From: Pyrobaculum aerophilum str. IM2
GTDB lineage: Archaea; Thermoproteota; Thermoprotei; Thermoproteales; Thermoproteaceae
DNA length: 32,000 nucleotides
NCBI RefSeq assembly: GCF_000007225.1
Contig: NC_003364.1
Span: forward strand, 1,110,001-1,142,000
Direction of reading: 5' to 3'
Below are positions 26,153 to 32,000 of this stretch, piece by piece. The stretch's first letter is position 1. Each line of letters opens with the position of its first letter. Below the pieces are notes generated by a model that saw nothing but the letters and a program-made list of their open reading frames with translations, was not told the DNA's origin and searched no databases. The translations under genes and the position numbers were made by a program.

Positions 26153-26949
26153 ATATCCCTCGCGTATTTTAAAGCCTCGTCGCGGGGGAGCCTCTGCTTC
26201 GCCGTGTCTTCAATTTGGGCAATTCCCCTTCCCCTAATTGTTTTTGCAATTATTACCGCTGGCCTCTCCCCCCTCTCGGCCTTTTCCAAAGCGGCTATTA
26301 TCTCGCCTATGTTGTGCCCGTCCGCCTCTATTACTTCAAAGCCGAGTGATTTAAACCTCCCAGCCAAGTCGCCCTTTCTCAACACCTCCTCGCTGTGCCC
26401 GTCCAGTTGAACTCCGTTGAAATCCACAATTGTGACGAGGTTAGTCAAGTTGTAATGGGCAGCGACGGCGAAGGATTCCCAGCTCTGGCCCTCGTCCAGC
26501 TCTCCGTCGCCCACAACGAGATATACCCTCCCCTTCTCCCCCTTGATTTTCATGCCCAGCGCCAGCCCCACCGCCAGGCTAATGCCCTGTCCCAGAGATC
26601 CCGAGTTGGGAACGTCGACAAAAGGCGTGTCTACCTCCGGGTGGTTCTGAAGGCGGCTCCCCAAACTCCCCGTTTCCCTCAACTCGTCTAGGCTGAGATA
26701 GCCCATGGCAGCGGCCAAGGCGTAAACTGCGTGTATGGCATGTCCCTTTGAGAGCACGAAATAATTCCTATTATGCGCCCCGTTGGCCACGTTGAACTTC
26801 ACCCGCCCGGTCCCGTACAGCGCCGCGACGATTTCAATAACTGAAAGCGAAGAGCCGAGGTGTATCCCGGGGTCGTAGCCTGCCATTAACACTACATACC
26901 GCCTGGCCTTACACGTCAAAGCCTCAAGCTCTGAAACCCCTCTTCCCAC
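26146..26949 (-). CDS. Transketolase, N-terminal (TPP-binding) subunit
   Basis: SKGHAIHAVYA, GSLGQGISLAVG and GDGELDEGQSWE. Overlaps the C-terminal subunit start (ATGCTAG). Confidence 0.9.
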   Translation of the reverse strand: MGRGVSELEALTCKARRYVVLMAGYDPGIHLGSSLSVIEIVAALYGTGRVKFNVANGAHNRNYFVLSKGHAIHAVYALAAAMGYLSLDELRETGSLGSRLQNHPEVDTPFVDVPNSGSLGQGISLAVGLALGMKIKGEKGRVYLVVGDGELDEGQSWESFAVAAHYNLTNLVTIVDFNGVQLDGHSEEVLRKGDLAGRFKSLGFEVIEADGHNIGEIIAALEKAERGERPAVIIAKTIRGRGIAQIEDTAKQRLPRDEALKYARDIC

Positions 26950-27021
26950 CCCGACAGCAAATACCCCTGTGACATGGCGTCAATAAAAAAGGGAATATTT
27001 AATTTTTTGTTCTTGCCAACG

Positions 27022-27030
27022 ATTTATAAA
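27022..27030 (+). promoter_or_regulatory. TATA box of the tyrS-DAHP synthase unit
   Basis: ATTTATAAA is centred about 24 nt upstream of the ATG at 27050. Confidence 0.55.
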
Positions 27031-27049
27031 CAGGTGAAATAATGACCTC

Positions 27050-28000
27050 ATGGAGCGCTTACTAATGAACGTTGAGGAGGTGGTGACCAGGGAGGAGTTC
27101 TTGCGTCTAAAAGGCGGCTCGGCGTATTTGGGGTTTGAGCCTCTGTGGCCTATACACATCGGCTGGCTGATATGGGCGTATAAACTCGCCGAGTTGAAAG
27201 AGGCCGGGTTTGACGTAATAGTGTTGGTGGCCACGTGGCACGCGTGGATAAATGACAAGGGCTCTATAGAGGAGTTGAGGGCGCACGGCGAGAGAGTAAG
27301 GGCCGTTCTCGACAGAATAGGGAAGTTTAAGTACGTCTACGGCGACGACGTGGCAAAAGACCCCAAGTATTGGGAGCTTGTTGTGAAAATCGCCAAGGAG
27401 ACCTCCCTCGCCAGGGTGAAAAGGGCCACGCCGGTTATGGGGAGGCGGGCTGAGGAAGTGGAGCTTGACTTCTCTAAGCTCATGTACCCCTTAATGCAAG
27501 TAGCCGACATATTCTACCTGGGGGTGGACGTGGCGGTCGGGGGGATGGATCAGCGGAGAGCCCACATGTTGGCCAGAGACGTGGCGGAGAAACTGGGGCT
27601 GAAAAAGCCCATAGCCCTCCACACTCCTATTATCACATCGCTATCAGGCACGGGAAGGATGGAGGGCACTCACAGAGAGATCGACGAGGTATACGCCATG
27701 TATAAAATGAGTAAGTCCAAGCCGCAGAGCGCCATATTAATAACAGACTCGGAGGAGGATGTGAGGAAAAAGATCTGGGCGGCGTACTGCCCGCCTAGGG
27801 AGACTAAATTCAACCCCGTGTTTGAAATCGCGGCATACCTCCTAATCCCCTACCACGGACCCCTGGAGATCAAAGGGAGGCGATATGAAGAGGGCAATGC
27901 CCTTGAGAGAGATTACAGAGAGGGCGTCGTTACGCCGCAAGAACTAAAAGAGGCCGTGGCGTCTGCTTTAGTCGGGCTGTTGTCTAAACTAAAGCTTTAA
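27050..28000 (+). CDS. tyrS: Tyrosyl-tRNA synthetase (archaeal type)
   Basis: Collinear with archaeal TyrRS as I recall the M. jannaschii enzyme: SAYLGFEP, MQVADIFYLGVDVAVGGMDQRRAHMLARD, KMSKS. The HIGH motif reads HIGW. Confidence 0.85.
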   Translation: MERLLMNVEEVVTREEFLRLKGGSAYLGFEPLWPIHIGWLIWAYKLAELKEAGFDVIVLVATWHAWINDKGSIEELRAHGERVRAVLDRIGKFKYVYGDDVAKDPKYWELVVKIAKETSLARVKRATPVMGRRAEEVELDFSKLMYPLMQVADIFYLGVDVAVGGMDQRRAHMLARDVAEKLGLKKPIALHTPIITSLSGTGRMEGTHREIDEVYAMYKMSKSKPQSAILITDSEEDVRKKIWAAYCPPRETKFNPVFEIAAYLLIPYHGPLEIKGRRYEEGNALERDYREGVVTPQELKEAVASALVGLLSKLKL

Positions 28001-28020
28001 ACACCAAATAACTAACAACT

Positions 28021-29007
28021 ATGCTTTATGTAGTCGACAGCAGAGAGCTGGGCAAGGCCTTGAAAGAAGAAATAGAGTCTAAAGGAGTCCCGGCCTGGTA
28101 TGTAGAACTCTGGGGGCACTATATAGTTGTTACGCCGCCTAATTCAAAAGTCAACGGGCTGAAGACGCCCGTGCGGGCGGCTGTGGAGTTGAAAACAGAT
28201 TACCAATTAGTTTCAAGGCAGTGGAAGCGTGATCCAACGCCGGTTAAAATTGGGGACAGGGAGATTGGGGAGGGGAGGTTGTTCATAATCGCAGGGCCTT
28301 GCTCTGTGGAGACAGAAGAACAGATCTTAACCACAGCCAAGGCGGTGAAAGAGGCAGGGGCAGACGCTTTAAGGGGAGGGGCCTTTAAGCCGAGGACTAG
28401 CCCCTATACTTTTCAAGGCCTGGGAGAGAGGGGGCTTATTCTGCTGGCCAAAGCCCGCGAGGCCACCGGGTTGCCTATTACGACAGAGCTAATGGACCCC
28501 GAGGATTTGCCCTTGGTGGTTAAATATGCAGACGCCATTCAAGTGGGGGCGAGGAATATGCAGAACTTCACTCTGCTGAAAAAACTGGGACGCGCCGGCA
28601 AGCCGGTTTTGTTAAAGAGGGGCTTTGGCAATACAATAGACGAGTGGCTACTCGCCGCTGAGTACATCGCCCTTCACGGCAACGGCGACGTTGTGCTGGT
28701 AGAACGCGGCATTAGGACATTTGACAGAACGCTGAGGTTTACTCTAGACGTCGGCGCCATTGCCTACGCGAAACAGCACACGCACCTTCCAGTTATTGGA
28801 GACCCAAGCCACCCGGCGGGCGACCGGAGATTTGTCATCCCGCTGGCTCTCGCAATATTAGCCGCTGGGGCAGACGGGCTGATTGTCGAAGTACACCCAG
28901 ACCCCGACAACGCGTGGAGCGATGCAAAACAACAATTGACTTTCGAGCAATTTAAAGAGCTTGTAGAAAAGGCCAGGGCTGTGGCAAGGGCGCTGGGACG
29001 GGTTTAA
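28021..29007 (+). CDS. 3-deoxy-7-phosphoheptulonate (DAHP) synthase, type I-beta, with an extra N-terminal domain of about 90 aa
   Basis: [50 protein letters not shown] and GDPSH. The N-terminal extension precedes the barrel. Confidence 0.9.
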   Translation: MLYVVDSRELGKALKEEIESKGVPAWYVELWGHYIVVTPPNSKVNGLKTPVRAAVELKTDYQLVSRQWKRDPTPVKIGDREIGEGRLFIIAGPCSVETEEQILTTAKAVKEAGADALRGGAFKPRTSPYTFQGLGERGLILLAKAREATGLPITTELMDPEDLPLVVKYADAIQVGARNMQNFTLLKKLGRAGKPVLLKRGFGNTIDEWLLAAEYIALHGNGDVVLVERGIRTFDRTLRFTLDVGAIAYAKQHTHLPVIGDPSHPAGDRRFVIPLALAILAAGADGLIVEVHPDPDNAWSDAKQQLTFEQFKELVEKARAVARALGRV

Positions 29008-29570
29008 CAGGGGAGTCTCTGTAAATCCCCTGGGAAGTCCACGTCGGCCAGCACGCCCGCGTCTTCAACTTCAAGGCTTAGAGTGGGAACGGCGTTTAGT
29101 AAAACGCGGAGGCCGACGTCGCCAGTAATTCCCAAGGCGAGGGCGTAGACGTCTCTACACGACGCGACTGGATTGCCCCGTGCTCCCCTATACACCGGAA
29201 CGGCCAAGCCGCTTTTACACGCAGAGGCTATTTTCAACACGGTGTCCGGCTTTACACAAGGCATATCGCCGGGCATCCACACAATACATTTCTTTTGGTA
29301 CAGGGCTATTAAAGCGGCTTTTAGGCTGGTGGAAAGTCCCTGCCGCCACCACGGGTTGTATATTATGCCGTCAACTCTGCCCGCGGCTGAGGCGACCTCC
29401 CGGCTGTTCACTACTATGTACGTTTCAAGGCCTGCCGACCTTAATGTCTCGGCGGCGTGCCAGACTAAAGGCCTCCCTTTAAAATTGGCCAGGAGCTTTT
29501 GAGAGCCAAAGCGGGCTGAGCCGCCAGCGGCGAGGACAACTCCAGCGCATTTCACCTCAAGAGGCGCCAC
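29004..29570 (-). CDS. MobA/MocA-like nucleotidyltransferase (molybdenum cofactor nucleotidylation)
   Basis: GVVLAAGGSARFGSQKLL glycine-rich N-terminus. GTG start. Overlaps the 3' end of the Mo-hydroxylase large subunit. Confidence 0.7.
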   Translation of the reverse strand: MAPLEVKCAGVVLAAGGSARFGSQKLLANFKGRPLVWHAAETLRSAGLETYIVVNSREVASAAGRVDGIIYNPWWRQGLSTSLKAALIALYQKKCIVWMPGDMPCVKPDTVLKIASACKSGLAVPVYRGARGNPVASCRDVYALALGITGDVGLRVLLNAVPTLSLEVEDAGVLADVDFPGDLQRLPC

Positions 29571-31723
29571 AGAAATTCGGGCGTTACCGGCGTCTTGTTA
29601 ATCCTAACCCCCGGCTTTATTCTCCTTACCGCGTCTTCCACCGCGGCGATGACGGCCGGCGTAGAGGCAATTGTCGCTGCCTCGCCTATTCCTTTTGTGC
29701 CCGTTGGGTGTTTCGATCTGTGGGGACTCTCGGCGAAGTAAACCTCGTATTTAGGCGCCTCGGCCGCTGTCGGGACGTAATAAAAGGCAAGGTTTGAGGT
29801 AATTAAATTGCCGCTCTCGTCGTAAACGACCTCTTCATACAGCGCCTGGGCTATTCCCTGCAACGCGCCGCCGGTGATCTGGCCTGACGCCAGTAACGGA
29901 TTGACCACAACGCCCACGTCGTCATAGGACTTGTAGAGCATGGGCTTGACAAAGCCGGTCTCGGGATCCAGCTCTACCACGGCCAAATGCACGCCGAATG
30001 GAAAGGTTGAGTCTGCGTGGTAAATAGCCTCTACAGTGAGCTGGGCCTCCGCCTCTCCTCTGTACACTGCTCTAACTACGTCTTTAACTGTAGCGGACTT
30101 GCCCCCGCAACTAAACTTCCCGCCGCTGTACTCCGGGTCGCACCCCAACACTTTCCGCGCCGCTTTTAAAAGCTCCTCTTTCAGCCTCCTGGCCGCAAGT
30201 ATTGCCGCCGAGCCCCCAGCTGTTATTGACCGGCTGCCCATAGTCCCAATGCCGTCAGATATCAGGGCTGTGTCCCCCCAGACGACTTTAACAGACTCAA
30301 TTGGCACGTCTAACTCCTCGGCGACTATTTGAGCCAGGGCAGTGGCCAGGCCCTGGCCGTGCGGCGTGAGGGCCGTGTACAACGTGAAAGTGCCGTCTCT
30401 CTCAGCTCTGAGAATTGCCGTTTCGTAACCAAATGTTGTAATCTCTACGTATACCGAGAAGCCGACTCCTACGACGCGTCCGCGTTTAAGCTCCTCCTCA
30501 GCCCACTGTTTAAGCTGGGAATAGCCCAGCCTCTCTAGCCCTTGTTTAAACGTGGTGAGGTAGTCGCCGGTGTCGTACGTAATGCCAAAGACATTTGTAT
30601 AGGGCAGCTGTCGAATTAAATTCCTCTCCCTAATCTCCACTCTGTCTATGCCGAGCTCGTCGGCGAGGCGGTCCATAATTCTTTCAATAAAAAACGTGGC
30701 CTCGGGCCTGCCGGCCCCCCTGTACGCGCTAAGCGGAGTTTTATTAGTCAACACTGCAACGGCTTTAACTCTGCCGTTGCGTATATCGTAAGGCCCCGGG
30801 AGCATTCTCGCGGCCGTATCGGCCAGCCCCTCCCCCCAGTAATAAGCCCCTGCGTCGGCATATACAGTCCCCTCAATAGCTAAAATCCTCCCGTCGCGCG
30901 TGGCGCCTACTCTGTAATCTAGTATTAACGCCCTGCCGTGAGTAGTCGTTTTGAAATCCTCGCTTCTAGTTGCAACCCACTTCACAGGCCTTTTCAATAA
31001 ATACGCCGCCTTGGAGACCCATATCTCCTCGGGGTAGACTATCAGTTTTGAGCCGAAGGCGCCGCCCACAAAGGGCTGTACCGCTCTTACTTTCACAAGG
31101 GGAATGTCAAGCGCCTTGGCCACTTCTTTTCTTATATCAAAAGGCACTTGGGTAGAGCTCCAAATAGTCAGCATATCGCCGTCATAAGCCGCCACCACCC
31201 CCCGGGGCTCCATAGCCGCCGGCACTACTCGTTGTATTGTAAGCCTCTCCTCTATCTTGACCTCAGCCTCTCTCATTGCACTGTCAACATCGCCTCCTTC
31301 ATACACCTCTTCATGTGCTATATTAGTGCCGAGGTTTTCGTCTACCAACGGCGCTCCTGGCCTCAAGGCCTCAAAGACGTCTAACACCGCCGGGAGGGGC
31401 TCGTAATCCACTACTACCTTCTCTAACGCGTCGTATAAAAGATAGCGGTCACCAGCCACGACCATGGCCACGGCCTCTCCCTGGTATCTCACCTTGCCCC
31501 CAGGGGCGAAGCCCATCTCCTCCGGCCCGAACACCGCCACAACTCCCTTTTGTTTAGCCGCGTCGGAGAGATCAACCCTAAGGACTCTGGCGTGGGCGTA
31601 GGGGGAGCGGACAAATCCCGCGTACAACATTCCAGGAAGGACTATGTCGTCGACGTACTGCGCCCGTCCGCTGAGAATTACGTCGTCCTCAAACCTGGGT
31701 ATCGGTCTGCCGACGTACTTCAT
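29552..31723 (-). CDS. Xanthine dehydrogenase/aldehyde oxidase family molybdopterin-binding large subunit
   Basis: 723 aa. VGGAFGSK, AYRGAGRPEATFFIERIMD and C-terminal GIGEAA motifs. No CO-dehydrogenase-specific VAYRCSFR loop was seen. Confidence 0.9.
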   Translation of the reverse strand: MKYVGRPIPRFEDDVILSGRAQYVDDIVLPGMLYAGFVRSPYAHARVLRVDLSDAAKQKGVVAVFGPEEMGFAPGGKVRYQGEAVAMVVAGDRYLLYDALEKVVVDYEPLPAVLDVFEALRPGAPLVDENLGTNIAHEEVYEGGDVDSAMREAEVKIEERLTIQRVVPAAMEPRGVVAAYDGDMLTIWSSTQVPFDIRKEVAKALDIPLVKVRAVQPFVGGAFGSKLIVYPEEIWVSKAAYLLKRPVKWVATRSEDFKTTTHGRALILDYRVGATRDGRILAIEGTVYADAGAYYWGEGLADTAARMLPGPYDIRNGRVKAVAVLTNKTPLSAYRGAGRPEATFFIERIMDRLADELGIDRVEIRERNLIRQLPYTNVFGITYDTGDYLTTFKQGLERLGYSQLKQWAEEELKRGRVVGVGFSVYVEITTFGYETAILRAERDGTFTLYTALTPHGQGLATALAQIVAEELDVPIESVKVVWGDTALISDGIGTMGSRSITAGGSAAILAARRLKEELLKAARKVLGCDPEYSGGKFSCGGKSATVKDVVRAVYRGEAEAQLTVEAIYHADSTFPFGVHLAVVELDPETGFVKPMLYKSYDDVGVVVNPLLASGQITGGALQGIAQALYEEVVYDESGNLITSNLAFYYVPTAAEAPKYEVYFAESPHRSKHPTGTKGIGEAATIASTPAVIAAVEDAVRRIKPGVRINKTPVTPEFLWRLLR

Positions 31724-32000
31724 AGACCCGCTGCCTCTTTTATTGCATTAATAATGTTCTGGTAACCAGTGCATCTACACAATACCCCGCTAATGCCCTC
31801 TATGACTTCCTCCTCGCTCTTCACGCCCCTTTTCAGAAGGTGATAAGCCGTTAACAACATGCCCGAGGTGCAGAAGCCGCACTGCGCGGCGTGATTTCTC
31901 TTAAAAGCCTCTTTCAGCCTGTCCATAACTTCATCGCTGTGTTCAATTGTGAATATCTCCGCGCCGTCTGCCTGCACGGCGAGTATATTACAGCTCTTAA
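31720..32000 (-). CDS. [2Fe-2S] small subunit of the Mo-hydroxylase (partial; continues past the window end)
   Basis: QCGFCTSGML and CRCTGYQNI cysteine clusters. The frame stays open upstream of the track start to nt 32000 (KSCNILAVQADG). ATGA overlap with the large subunit. Confidence 0.85.
   Translation of the reverse strand, partial: KSCNILAVQADGAEIFTIEHSDEVMDRLKEAFKRNHAAQCGFCTSGMLLTAYHLLKRGVKSEEEVIEGISGVLCRCTGYQNIINAIKEAAGL

Noticed and set aside
606-31765. Many long ORFs in the six-frame track lie antisense to or overlap the called genes (for example 910-1392 minus, 1964-2544 plus, 3003-3665, 4141-5643 plus, 15272-16275 plus, 23379-23975 plus, 26980-27258 minus, 29173-29502 plus, 30036-31384 plus).
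   Set aside because: They lie opposite or out of frame to genes with clear family motifs. Their composition is Pro/Arg/Ser/Ala-rich and low in complexity, and they lack correctly placed TATA elements. These are typical shadow ORFs of G/C-rich coding DNA.

Overview
This 32-kb chromosomal segment reads as a hyperthermophilic crenarchaeon of the Pyrobaculum type. Supporting signs are PaREP1- and PaREP2-like genes, a Tat-exported McoP-like multicopper oxidase, A/T-rich TATA elements about 18-30 nt upstream of start codons (implying leaderless mRNAs), frequent GTG/TTG starts and ATGA/TAATG stop-start overlaps. The organism call is an inference from gene content only. The region from about 15 to 32 kb is mostly core metabolism. 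It holds a split shikimate/aromatic cluster (aroC-aroE at 15.0-16.9 kb; split transketolase-aroB-aroA divergent from tyrS-DAHP synthase at 23.0-29.0 kb). It also holds proC, a Nudix hydrolase, a PhoH/KH ATPase, an alcohol dehydrogenase, an epimerase and a molybdenum hydroxylase cluster that runs off the window end. The left part (0-14.9 kb) is accessory: a decayed ABC exporter, a DUF3800 gene beside a coiled-coil/nuclease-fold gene, a PiT-like permease and the multicopper oxidase. It also carries a dense toxin-antitoxin islet (UPF0175-PIN-UPF0175, two HEPN-MNT pairs, PaREP1, PaREP2), two broken MFS-type transporters and a broken CPBP/Abi protease. Six signals stand out. (1) An antitoxin-toxin-antitoxin sandwich whose two antitoxin genes share a 110-bp direct repeat (109/110 identical) flanking the PIN toxin. 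(2) Five disrupted genes, four encoding membrane proteins and one a protease, while about 30 other genes are intact; six of the seven frame changes sit at homopolymer runs and there are five in-frame TAG/TAA codons. (3) Three TGAAAC hexamers spaced exactly 22 bp apart, plus a palindromic partner, upstream of the oxidase promoter. (4) A low-GC islet with a frameshifted S1 (chymotrypsin-fold) protease next to an orphan secreted glycoprotein. (5) A tandem 29-bp hairpin repeat. (6) About 900 bp with no recognisable gene. I recognised no rRNA, tRNA, CRISPR array or transposase.
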